A stretch of DNA of 64,000 nucleotides. It comes from Octopus vulgaris (lineage: Eukaryota). The notes below the pieces were generated by a model, which was not told the origin of the DNA, searched no databases, and saw only the letters and a program-made list of their open reading frames with translations. The translations under genes and the position numbers were made by a program. Of this stretch, positions 43,216 to 55,694 are shown in pieces. Position 1 is the stretch's first letter. Every line of letters begins with the position of its first letter. The DNA is taken from contig OX597820.1 of assembly GCA_951406725.2 (NCBI GenBank), positions 24,366,001 through 24,430,000 on the forward strand, written 5' to 3'.

Positions 43216-43438
43216 TATATTATTTATCCTACGTTCTATCGGTAAGATTCCATAAAACTGCTTTCGCAGGTTGGAATCACTAAGCCATAGCCGACATAAT
43301 AACATTGATTTTATATGATCACTGAAAACGTTTCCTGTAAATGAACTTAAATGTTTCATGCATACATACATACATACATACATACATACATACATACATA
43401 CATACATACATACATACACTCACACATATATATATATA

Positions 43439-44045
43439 TTTAATGTAGGATAAAATTTTTTCAAAAAAAGATTTTTATTAATGGCCAGCATATTAAAAAA
43501 TACCTTTAAAAGTTAAATTTATTAACAACTTATAAATAAGGGCAAACGAAAAAATTTCTAATGCCAAATATGCCGAAATTAGACACATTGTCCATAACCA
43601 TTATAATTTTTTCATAATACGCACGCTACTCAAAAAAGGTCGACAGAAATTTCTAAAAAATTCCATTATTACCATATCGGACCGATTTCAGGGTTAGTTC
43701 GTAAGAACCCTCCCTTCGTCAGTGATAAATGTGGCAAAGAAATAAAAGAGATACTTACTCATACCCATGGAAGAAGCAAACACTAAGTCAGGAGCACAAA
43801 TATGTACCCCCAAATACATCCAAAATAGAAATTCTCCAGCATATTTGAGGCACGTGCGATTTGAACTGAGGCTCTCACAGAGTGAGAGAGTCGGAAGTGA
43901 ATACTATTAAATTTATATTTAATGTAGGATAAAATTAAAAAAAAAAAAATTTTTGTCAATGGCCAGCATATTAAAAAATACCTTTAAAGGTTAAATTTAT
44001 AAACAACTTATAAATAAGGGCAAACGAAAAAATAGACTTCACTGA
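43439..44045 (-). mobile_element. PLE pLTR / retrozyme-like insertion: ~479-bp unit plus ~115-bp partial tandem copy
   Basis: 43439-43552 repeated at 43918-44031; HHR inside; related termini at ~31047-31176 and ~32247-32310. Confidence 0.75.
43675..43727 (-). ncRNA. Type I hammerhead ribozyme (slightly mutated)
   Basis: tatca CTGACGA aggg ag ggttc ttac gaact aa ccct GAAA tcg GTC cgata. Confidence 0.75.
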
Positions 44046-44107
44046 ATTATAGATATATACAATACGAAGTCGAGACAAATATCGCCAGCTGACCGGTGTC
44101 TGTTACT

Positions 44108-44150
44108 CTAGGCCGATGAAGGACAATGATCCTGAAACACGTGACCCTAG
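44108..44150 (+). ncRNA. Degenerate hammerhead ribozyme
   Basis: ctagg CcGATGA agga caatga tcct GAAAC acgt GaC cctag; stems intact, two core substitutions. Confidence 0.7.
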
Positions 44151-44374
44151 ATGCAGCTCCGGCGGCCGGGGGTGTTTGTCTCCCCTTCGTAAATGTATAT
44201 AAGGACACAGGGAAAAAATGTGTCAAAGCCATCTGGAGGCGTCGATGCTTCCTAGGGCTATACAGCGGTGGTGTACCCCCTACTGTCACGTTCGTGTTAG
44301 ATTGACAGTATACAACCATTCTATCGCCCCACCACCGTACATGTCTCTACGAGAGATTTAGAAATTTAGTATTT

Positions 44375-44450
<76 letters not shown>

Positions 44451-45429
44451 CACAATGTGAATCTGTTTTTATGTATTGCATAAGAAATTTGACAAGCAAA
44501 GTAAATTATGAAGTCAGAGCTGCATCTGAATCTTTTCTATTTTCCCCATTATACACCAACGTTTGCGTTACCGATTTTCAGTCTCATAAAGTCATAAAGT
44601 TTGAATAAACATCAACCAACGCTCCCCATTGTTCTCCTATTCCCAACACTGTGTTGTACTTTCATTAATACAGCTAAATAAATTGATTAGATTTATTTTA
44701 AAATATATATATATATTATAGCCTCTTTTTATAATGCTATTACTGATGTAGTCGTAATGAAAGCCATATAAATTTTACTTTGTCAATCAGAAGAAATCAA
44801 TAACGCGAGTAGTTTACTGTTAAGGGACATTGAACTCCATTTTGATTACTATTTCTGACTTGATAATTATCTTTTTGTTGTTTTGCTTGCAGTTTCCAGT
44901 ATAGTTCGCTGTCAATTATGAAAACTTCCTCTTATAAAGGTAGGTGTTTGATTTCGTTTCCTCCATTTAAATTCAAGCATTTCTAATTTTATTCTCTTTG
45001 TTATTCGACCAAGACTAACTATTTTCTTTATTCTTCAAGTCTTACTCCGTTTCGCATAGAATAAGATGGAAGTAAAACACCCTTTGTAGTTCAGGCCACA
45101 ACTGCAAGCTGTGATGTAAACGAGCTACGTCTTCCATATTGCATCACTGCACATATAATATTTTTCATAATCAAATGTGCACACCGTATCTCACTTGCCT
45201 TTGTTCTTACGTAGCATAATAATAAAAAAAAAAACTTAATATACTATAATAAATCCCATTTAAAACTGAAAATAAATATTTTTAAGACCGCTTTTCTTGT
45301 TATTTTCCCCCCTAAAACAATGCTATCTTTGGTTTTCTAAATATTCTCTTCCAAACGTTCGTATTCTAAATTTCAGATAATTTAAAGTTCGACTTCCTGA
45401 TATTCTGCCCTATTTTATGATCCAAACTC

Positions 45430-45482
<53 letters not shown>

Positions 45483-45677
45483 GAGTGTATTTTTACCTTG
45501 TTAACAATTAACACGGAAAAAATAAATAAATAGTTACCAGGGTAGCAAAAATCTCACAAGTAAAGAGGTTGTAACTCCTTGTTTATAAAGGTAGAAACTT
45601 CGTGTTTACGTGGAATATTTAGAATAATATATAAATAATTAAATGGAGTTTAACGCAGGTGTAAATCAAATATTTTT

Positions 45678-45763
45678 ACTTTCGACACATGTTTCGAAAA
45701 TTCCACTGATACTATTCAAAAGAATAAATGGTATAAACAATGCAATCTTCTCTTCAGGAAAGT
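45678..45763 (-). ncRNA. Type I hammerhead ribozyme with long stem II
   Basis: actttc CTGAAGA gaagatt gcattg...tattc tttt gaata...cagtg gaattttc GAAAC atgt GTC gaaagt; lies in TA-flanked island ~45475-46126. Confidence 0.85.
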
Positions 45764-46129
45764 GAAAAAAACGAAACTCGTCAATAAGACGTTTTAGCAA
45801 AAAAATGATGGATTTGTATAGCGATTGACTGAAAGCTGTTAATATTGTTTAAAAAACCGTTATATGATATAACGTCATAAGTAGCTTACAGAAAGACTAG
45901 GGATATTAATAGTGAATGTTAAATATAAAGGAAATTAAAGTTTAAATTATATATAATGATAGAGACTACTTATATGCACTAAATGTGTGTTTTTGCCAAT
46001 GTTTACATCTGTATGTTCGCTATATAACCGTGTTTACTAGAGGATTTTTAGAAAAAATAATGAAAAATAGCTCAGAATTGCAGAGAAGACAGAATTCCTT
46101 GCCTTTGTCATAAGGTATCGAGATTATAT

Positions 46130-46207
<78 letters not shown>

Positions 46208-46231
46208 TATAGTGGGGGTACGCCTGTTTAA

Positions 46232-46292
46232 CTGGTCACCCTGGGTTTCTCGCTCATAAGGGGTTTAGCCTTACGACGTATCTTCAGACTCC
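46232..46292 (-). ncRNA. Degenerate hammerhead downstream of the second PLE
   Basis: CTGAAGA tacg tcgtaagg ctaaacc ccttatga gcga GAAAC c cag g GTG; same strand as, and 3' of, the GIY-YIG remnant. Confidence 0.55.
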
Positions 46293-47244
46293 AAATACTG
46301 CTGGCCTGAGAGCTCTTTAAAATATGGTGGGGGAAAGGCCTCGTTTTAAAGGGTAAAATCCTAGGTGATTATCTCCCTTTGCCATTGTCCATCGATCTCC
46401 GACCGCGCTGCTACCTTGTGGTCACTAAAGCATCACGAAGATAAATGATAAATGGCACGAGTGAGACTTTAAGGTTCCTCGTGCGTACGGCAATGCATAA
46501 TTTGCACCGTTTCGTCCCGTTGATGTAGAGACCTCGTTTCTCGAGTATTTTCCATGCGATCGAGTATGGAATCTTTTCGTCTCGTAAATGCCAGATATGG
46601 CTGGCCAGCGATGTTACGTGTCTCCTTCCGGGATTCTGAAGGCAGACAGATGATTAGAAGTACGCTGTTTCAGAGAGTCCCCAGTGTACCCCACTTAGCT
46701 CTGTGGGGGCGTGGTGTCGTTGCACCTGTTGCTGTTATACGCGCTGCTACTGCTGCTGCTGCTGTTGTTGGTGCTGTTGCTGCTACCGTTGCCGCTGTGC
46801 CTGTTGCTGTTGTCTTTGCATCATTTGCTGTTGTAGGTGCTGCTGCAGTTGATGCTGTTGTTACTGCTCTGGCTGCTACTGTTGCCGCTGATGTCACCGG
46901 TGATGCTGTCGCTGTTGTAGTTGCGGCTGCTGTAGTTGCTGGCGTTGGCGCCGCTGGGGGTGGTGTTGGTGTCGGTCATATTCTCGTCCCTGCGCGTGTT
47001 GCCTGTGGTGCAGTCTATGTTGCTGTTATTATTGTTGTTGTTGTTGTTGTTGTTGTTGAGCGAAGCGGTCTTCTTCGTCCCAGAGCTCACAAGATCGCGC
47101 CTCTGTAGTGGGAGAAGTCCGAAACGGGGTCCTTTGCTATTCGTAAGACCCGCAGAAGAGAAAGCAGGTCAACCCCCCGACACCGAGAGCGCATTCACCG
47201 GATGGGTGAATGCGCATCCACGCTCAGCGGTTGCGTAGGAAGTC

Positions 47245-47449
47245 GGAGACAAGAAACAGGAAGAAAGAGTGAGAGAAAGTTGGGATGAAAGAGTACAACA
47301 GGGGTAGTCCCCCCCCCATCCTGCCGGAGCTTCGTGGAGCTTTAGGTGTTTTCGCTCAATAAACACACACAACGCTTGGTCTGGGAATCGAAATCGCGAT
47401 CCTCCGACCGCGAGTCCGCTGCCCTAACAATTGCGCCATTGCGCCTCCA
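47245..47449 (-). mobile_element. SINE family D nested in the decayed PLE
   Basis: Matches 33280-33458. Confidence 0.75.
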
Positions 47450-48270
47450 CTTGCTGTTGCTGTTGTTTTCGTCGCTGCTGCTGGCGCTGCCACCGCTTTG
47501 CTGTTGTTGTTGATGGACTCAGTGCTGCTGGTGATAGTGGAGGATGTGGTGGTGGCAACGGTAGTGATGACGTATTTTACTAGGTTCTTGAATACTATGG
47601 GTAAGTGACAGGAGTCTGTATTTATATACGACAGTCTCTCGTTTGGTTTGCGGTAGGGCCTGTAAGTACCGAACCCAGGACGAGCGTGACGTCCAAGAAG
47701 TTCACTGATGTGGGGTTGGTCCCTATGGCGATCTTCAAGCCCATGGAGGCAAGCGTGCTTATTAAGTCTTTCCTAAGTCTGTCTAGTGTATAGCTGATTG
47801 ATCCTCAAGAGATCAGCCCTATGGAGACCAAAGAAGACGGAGAGGAACTATTTTAAAAGGTATCTAGGATATATAACCAGATAAGGTCACAAATATTAGC
47901 GCTGTCGTTGGCACCCATCGCTAAAAAAACCTGGAGCAGCTGAGGTAGAATAATTGTGTCGTAATGTTATGTTATGCGAATTCAGTTTTGTAGAAGATTG
48001 TGTGGACACAAGGGCCTAGCCTCAAATTACTTGTGAACTTGATACCATCTCGGTTTGAGCAATGTTCATGGAATATTTTCCTCTTTGTGCAAACGACGTA
48101 GCGCTCGCGGCGGTGTTGGAGAGAATAGTCTGAGCTTCTGGATTTTATCATGAAATCTATTTATTTCCTTATTTAATTTTGTGATCTATCTCTGGTGCTT
48201 TAGTTCTCAATGTTTTGGTTTTGCATAAAGAGACTACGATGGGCAACGGTATGCAAGGTGCGAACTGACA

Positions 48271-48455
48271 AACGCAGAGAAGAGATAGATTATAGTATCA
48301 AAGTCCCTAGACGAGAAAGTTCTACCGAACCATGAGCACATCCTGTGGGCTAAGCAGATGCTATTGTTAATGTATGCACTGCAGTATGTGCCCATTGTTC
48401 CGTAGAACTTCTCGTATAAGGACTTTGATTCTATAATCTATCTCTTCTCTGCGTT
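48271..48455. mobile_element. MITE / palindromic insertion within the decayed PLE
   Basis: ~70-bp inverted arms aacgcagagaagagatagattatag...; aca on both flanks. Confidence 0.7.
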
Positions 48456-48663
48456 ACATCTAAATTTCTGATTTTGTTTGAAGTTTTGAGAAGCTATTTC
48501 GGGGGAAGAGAAAATGGCTTTTTTATGATGATAAAGTTTTATTCTACCCTTGCATAATGTATACAATGCTCAGGTGCGCTAGACTTGTCGGAGAATCTGA
48601 AAAGAGGTGACAGAAACCATCCACTTTTCTTGAATGGATGGTTTCAAATGTATCTCTTTTATT

Positions 48664-48927
48664 CATTTACTTGCTTCAGTCATTTGACTGTGGCCATGCT
48701 GGAGCACCGCCTTTTAGTCGAGCAAATTGCCCCCAGGACTTATTCTATCACTCTGTCTTTTTGTCGAACCGCTAAGTTACGGGGACGTAAATACACCAGC
48801 ATCGGTTGTCAAGCGGTGTTGGGGGGACAAACACAGACACACACATACATACATACATACATACATACATACATACATACATACATACATACATACATAC
48901 ATACATACATACATACACACACGCACG

Positions 48928-48961
<34 letters not shown>

Positions 48962-49058
48962 CGACGGGCTTCTTTAAGTTTCCGTCTACCAAATCCACTC
49001 ACAAGGTTTTGGTCGGCTCGAGGCTATAGTAGAAGACACTTTCTCAAGGTGCCACACA
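48664..49058 (-). mobile_element. SINE family A
   Basis: Same body and tail. Confidence 0.85.
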
Positions 49059-49875
49059 GCATATGTATTTGCGTTTTTAGATAGAGAAGATTCGTAAGAG
49101 ATATTTTCTCCGGACAATAATATGCCTTTTTAGATATATCTGCATTAAGTATGATACGCAGATGGATAATTTGATTTAATACTTCTATTGCATGTATCAA
49201 TTTTTATTCATCCGCGCGGCTGACTACAACACCAGTGATTTTTCAACCATTATTTTCTTATGTCATTAGTGACAGATTTTATCGTAGCATGCAGGTGCCA
49301 ATGAAGACATGCTGCTGAAACGGTCCAAAGAGACAGAAATGCATATCTAGCATTCTCACTGCTACTAAAGCACGCTTTCCCTCTGTTATTGAACCATTTT
49401 TGTATGTTTAAACAGTAAATCAATAAGAGTTAATTTGCCATTCATGATATATTTACATTAAGTATGATGTACAGGTGGCTATTCTAATCTAACACTGCTT
49501 CTGTTGTATATAATACACCTAATATCTGTATACATACATACACACGTACAAACACACACACACACACACACACAGAGACACTCACACACATTATTTACTC
49601 TAGTCCATAAATACCAACTTTTCTCTTCGTTCAACCATCCATCATCGGCAGGTTTCCACATTAACACGTCTCCTCTCTGTCTGTCTGTCTGCCTCTCTCT
49701 CTCTCTGTCTCTGTCTCTCTCTCTCGCACTCTCTCAGTCTTTCTAATCTAATTCCTTTTAAAATTTGTTTTATTTCTATTTATCTTGTTTTTCAATAATT
49801 TCTCTCCGATTTCACCCAATTTTCCCAAAACATTTTAGCTTAGTTTCTTATTGATTAATCGAACCGAAGCAATTT

Positions 49876-49934
<59 letters not shown>

Positions 49935-50553
49935 CATTATTTTGTTCCATTATTTTTTAATGTTTTACTTTATTTTACTTCATTTCCATTTATATATAAT
50001 TTATTTATTTAGCAACGTTATCCAACTTTCGATTTAATAAACCCTTTTTCTTCTTGCTATGTTGTCCTAGTGAAATTTAGTCCATGGAAGCAATTTTAGT
50101 TTCGGTTTGTATACATTTGATATAGATTTATATAACTTAATTTGTATGCATTTTATATTTGCTTTATATAAGTTTGATATCACTTATTACTATAATATTA
50201 TTCGGAGTGTATGTACATTTGATATATTTAAATACTGTTATATTATTTTATTCATGTACGTTTTATATAATTTGCATTATATTCAGTTTCAATGCATTTC
50301 GTATACATTGCAAATTGTAATATTATGTAGTTTGGTTTTATATATATATATGTATGTATGTATATATTTATGTGTGTGTATATATATATTTGTATATGTA
50401 TATATATATATATGTGCATATATTTATACATATAAAGGTACATATATGTATATATATACATGTACATATATGTATATATATATGCATATATATACATATG
50501 TATGTATATATATATGCATATATATATGTATATGTGTATATCTATCTACCTAC

Positions 50554-50637
<84 letters not shown>

Positions 50638-50748
50638 CATATATATACATATAACTTGTATTTGGCAGAAACAGCAAAAGATAAAATATATATATATATA
50701 TATATAGTCAGATTTTGAGTTCTATATTCCTGTTTAAATTGCCATATA

Positions 50749-51203
50749 CAGGGTGCGATGGGTAAATTGTTATCATTTCATAATCCTAATTTCGCGCGTG
50801 CGCATTGTTTGTTTTTGACTTTGCCGACTACACAATATAGTATGGTCAGTTGGGCCCTGTCTGTGAGAAAAACAGCACCATGACGCAATTCGCTCTGCTA
50901 GAAATCTGTACTGTTTGGCATTCGTGCCGGAAGCTCCAAAAACGACCATTTCACAGTGTTTGTGTCAATCTGAGGACAGTGCAATCTGAGGACGTGTGTC
51001 GAGAGTGATCTAGTCAATATCATGGTGTTTGGAGTGATCACTAGTTATGGCGACGTTATGCCTTCATTCATCTTCCCACACGGTCTCATACTCAACACGG
51101 AGGTTTACATCAAGTGCCTGGATGAGGTAGTTTTGCCCTGGTTCAAGAGGGTGGATGCTGGAAGATTTTATGTCTGGCAACAGGACTCTGCACCATGCCA
51201 CAT
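50749..51203 (+). mobile_element. Tc1/mariner (maT/DD37D-like) remnant
   Basis: TA-cagggtg terminus; MVFGVITSYG..YIKCLDEVVLPW..VWQQDSAPCH. Confidence 0.8.
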
Positions 51204-51344
51204 AAGGAACTGCACTGGTATTACTGTAGGGTTGCAATTCCAACGGTTACTAATTCGTCTACGTAAAGTTGTATATATATTAAAAGAATTAAAGGTAATG
51301 CTATGCAACTTCGTAATAATCCTTATTAATATTGTTGATAAGTC

Positions 51345-51958
51345 AGTGAGCTGGCGGAATCGTTAGCACGCCGGGCGTAATACTTAGCAGTATTTCGTCA
51401 GCCGTTACGTTCTAAGTTCAAATTCCGCCGAGGTCGACTTTGCCTTTCATCATTCCGGGGTCGATTAAATAAGTACCAGTTACGCACTGGGGTCGATATA
51501 ATCGATTTAATCCGTTTGTCTGTCCTTGTTTGTCCTCTCTGTGTTTAGCCCCTTGTGGGTAGTAAAGAAATAGGTATTTTGTCTGCTACTAAGTTTTGAG
51601 TTCAAAATCCCGCCGAGGTCGACTTTGCCGTCCATCCTTTCGGGGTCGATAAATTTTGTACCACTTGCGTCTTTAGGATCGACCTAATCGACTGACCGCA
51701 TCCCCACATAATCCAGGCCTTGTGCCTATAGTAGAAAGAATTATTAATATTCTTTATTTTTTGTTCTACTCTAGGCACAAGGCCCGAAATTTTGGGAGAT
51801 GGGGCCAGTCGATTAGATCTACCTCAGTACGCAACAAGTACTTAATTTATCGATCCCGAAAGGATGAAAGGCAAAGTCGACCTCGGCGAAATTTGAACTC
51901 AGAACGTCAAGACAGACGAACTACCGCTATGCTAACCTTTCCCCTAGCTCGCCGCGCC
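51345..51958. mobile_element. SINE family B dimer (+) followed by an inverted copy (-)
   Basis: 51345-51746 on plus, 51762-51958 on minus. Confidence 0.8.
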
Positions 51959-51959
51959 G

Positions 51960-52060
<101 letters not shown>

Positions 52061-53162
52061 TGTATGCATGTATGTATGTATGCATGTCTGTATGAGTGTA
52101 TATAACCACGGGGCAATTGCGCCCCCACACAAATATATATGTCTAGATGAGAGAGTGAGAGAAATTATTATTTTATACTAGATTTCGTATATCTTATACA
52201 AATCGTTCTTAATATATATTTTCTTGCTCAGTTTTGCCAGTTATTACTTCGCTGGAGGTCAGAACTAATCAACTAGTAGGGTTACTGTCTTCTTCAAAGA
52301 TTTTTCTTATTTCAAACATAGTGTATTTAGAATATATTTATCCAATACGTCCTTAAAAGACGATAGAATGTAATATGAGTTTATCGGTGCAATTCCTAAT
52401 AGGTTGATCAAAATGCGAGTTGAATGACTGCTTAGAAGTTGCTACGTTAGTACGCCTTGGTCTTTAAGATATTACTTAAAGCAACGACTGTTCATAAAGA
52501 GCCGACAGCTCCTCATCACTTATAAGCGAATTTGACAACTTAATTAAAAACTTGTATTAAGTGCGAATAAGGTGAAAGATAACGGACAACGTGATACGTA
52601 CACTTCTTCCGTTCTTTCTTTCTTTCTTTCTAAGTGTCCATCTTATCTATCAATCGAAAGATGGACAGAAATAAAGTGAAAAGATTGAACTAAAGTGTAA
52701 ATGACGATAGTATCTCTATATACAAAATACCAAGTCGCGTGTCCCTTTTTTTCTTCTTTTTTTGCTGGTTTGCCTTTCTGACACATTTCAGGAATGTAAA
52801 TGAAGAAGGCAATGATTATGGTATGAGAAGCGGAAGCGAGAGGATTAAAGTATTATACAGTGAGGTATATGAGATAGATGAACAGCTAGGAAGAAGATAA
52901 ACAGTGAGAAAAAAAAAATGGAGAAAAAGAAAGAGAGAAAGCGAAAGAAGGAGAGAAATAGCGAAGTGTCAGATGGCTGAAACTGTAATCAGAAGAGCAG
53001 AGAGTAAAATATAGGGATGGAGGGAAGAACGGTAACGACAGAAAGAGAGGCAGAAGGAAAAGAATAACCGAAGTAGTCAACAGAAGACAAGGAAGAAGGT
53101 CATTCTACAAGCACAAGTACACGGACAGACAGACAGACAGGCATACACATTTACACAAATAT

Positions 53163-53206
<44 letters not shown>

Positions 53207-53288
53207 GAAATTTACAGAAAACAAAAGACGAAGACAGGTTTATTAACAACAAACAGGTGTATTAGTTTAATGCTCTTAACAGTGAGAA

Positions 53289-53326
53289 AGTCGTTTACGT
53301 TTCGAGCTTACGCTCTTCAGCAGAAA
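53289..53326 (-). ncRNA. Minimal hammerhead-like motif; second copy at ~9409-9445
   Basis: CTGAAGA gcgtaagctc GAAAC GTA here; tagaaga gcgtaggctc gaaac gta aaagac at 9409-9440; both in TA-adjacent islands of one family. Confidence 0.45.
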
Positions 53327-54222
53327 AGAGCACGAGGAAATAAACAGAGAGAGAACGAAAAAAAGCTTTTGGAGCTATTCTTACACACACGCATATATAT
53401 ATGAAATATTGTCCTCTTGGTTATAGAAAAGACACACCAAAAGTAGAATGTATCTTCGCATTCAAAAATAAAGTATATTTATAGAACATTGCCATAAAAA
53501 CAACAATCTGGTGCAAAAATAACGGACCGGATATTGTTTAATGTGACACCCATACAGAGACCAATTCTCGATTCAGATATGAATATCTAGTCTTCAGTTG
53601 AGGAGAAACAAATGCATTACGTAAACCTCTTGTCTGCAATTTCGAATGTACTGACTACTAGTAGTACATTAAGCTATGTAACAACCGATTCCCAAAAAAA
53701 CCCTGAAAATGCTGATGCTTCTGGGTATCTTCCAATGAAGAACCTAGCTAGCTAAATCACATCCTCCAAATTCATTCAGTTGGTAACGCTGAAGATTTGT
53801 AAAGCATTCTAAAGATCTCTCTTTGGGTTTTCTACAATTAACATATGTACACAGCTGCCGATTATACATACATGCATGTGGACACTAAAAATATATATAT
53901 ATATATACATACATATATTTAAATATACAAGCCCTATATACTTTTAAAGGCGGAGTTCCAGCATGGTCACAGTCAAATGACTGAAACAAGTAAAAGAGTA
54001 TACATACATACACACACATATATATATATATACTTATATATATAGACATACATATGCATCTATACATGTGTATATATGTGTATGTACATATATATACATA
54101 TATATGTGTGTATATATATATGTGTGTGTGTGCATATATATATATACATATATATATATATACATACATACACATATATATATATATATATTTATATATG
54201 CTAAAATAATTTTATAAAGAAC

Positions 54223-54267
54223 ATTTCAGTACCGGTTTCAGTCATTTGAGACCTTTTCAACTGTAAC
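54223..54267 (-). ncRNA. Variant or decayed hammerhead (UUGAAAA core)
   Basis: gttacag TTGAAAA ggtc tcaaat gact GAAAC cg GTA ctgaaat. Confidence 0.55.
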
Positions 54268-54461
54268 AATTAAATAATTAAATTTAGAATAATTAAAAGA
54301 AAAGTTTTTTTAAAAGAATATTTGTATAGTGTTCAAATATAAGTGGCATTTTCCTTGTTTCTGCCTTTCTCTGACTCTCTTGTTTACACTTGTGAGTATA
54401 TACATATATATATATATATATACATACACATACCTATATGCACACGTATACACACACGCAG

Positions 54462-55135
54462 TTTGTGACACCTATCACTAGTACATACTAGTATGCCAGA
54501 CGGCAATAGTTGCATAGACAATTGCATAAAGTTTGCACTGCCGTGTTGTCTGAACAGTGCAACCGTTAAAAATCCCATGCTTCTCGAAATTAGCTAACAC
54601 TTCTCCTGAAGTGCTTGTGCACCTTTTCCTCTTAATGGCTCTTTTACGTTTCCCTTTACTGTCTTTTTAGTGTATTTTGCATGCCTTTTTTGTTTAGCTT
54701 TCATTGCTGTCTTTCTTAAGTTGAATTATAACTTCTCTCTGTTGCCTCTTTTAAGATTCTGTGACAAGTCTAGCGCACCTGAGCACTGTATACCATATGC
54801 AAGGGTTGAAAATAACAGGATTCCCGATTAAAATTTGTATTATAACATCATAAATTACATAATCTTTACTCGTGTTTCACTAGCGTATACAACTATGTTG
54901 AGGTAATCATTTGTGGTAATCATCTGTGAACACAAAATCTTAAGAAGGAAATAGTAATATATATGCGGCCAGCAAGAGGCTGGAAATCAACAATTACTAT
55001 TTTCTTCTCAAGATTTGTCGATCTAAGAAGTTTATGCACACGTCTTTGTAACAATTACCGCCTGGCATACTAGTATACACTAGGGAAACAAGCGTCAATG
55101 TTATATAAGTTTATGATGTTAAATAAAAAAGTTCA
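54462..55135. repeat. Decayed inverted-repeat element(s)
   Basis: 54462-54533 and 54831-54908 are both reverse-complementary to parts of 55028-55133. Confidence 0.45.
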
Positions 55136-55211
55136 AACGAACCTCCTGTTTTATTCTGATATATGTGCTGCCTGTGCGCGTGTATGTGTGTGTATAATTA
55201 TCATATATATG

Positions 55212-55560
<349 letters not shown>

Positions 55561-55661
55561 TTATATTGTGAAATTTGATTTAATACTAAATTGAATTTTT
55601 CCCTGTAAGTTTGGAGATATACTCCCTAATATTATTATTAAATGTATATATGTATACATAG

Positions 55662-55694
<33 letters not shown>

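Larger units (their letters stand above)
46205..48530 (-). pseudogene. Second, decayed Naiad-type PLE (RT, thumb and GIY-YIG remnants), interrupted by a SINE and a MITE
   Basis: Minus-strand translations: AMGANDSANICDLI (~47870-47921); RKDLISTLASMGLKIAIGTNPTSVNFLDVTL..YRPYRKPNERLSYINTDSCH (~47600-47775); SLKQRTSNHLSAFR..TSLASHIWHLRDEKIPYSIAWKILEKRGLYINGTKRCKLCIA (~46488-46680); frameshifted. Confidence 0.85.

Noticed and set aside
46554-47108. 184-aa Ala/Val-rich plus-strand ORF
   Set aside because: Antisense to the decayed PLE and its low-complexity linker.
49143-49485. Weak ~30-bp direct repeat ~315 bp apart with atgaaga..gaaacggtc between
   Set aside because: No stem I; at most a very old unit.
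53555-53602. CTGAAGA plus hairpin on the minus strand
   Set aside because: GAAA and stem I are not recoverable; too decayed to call.
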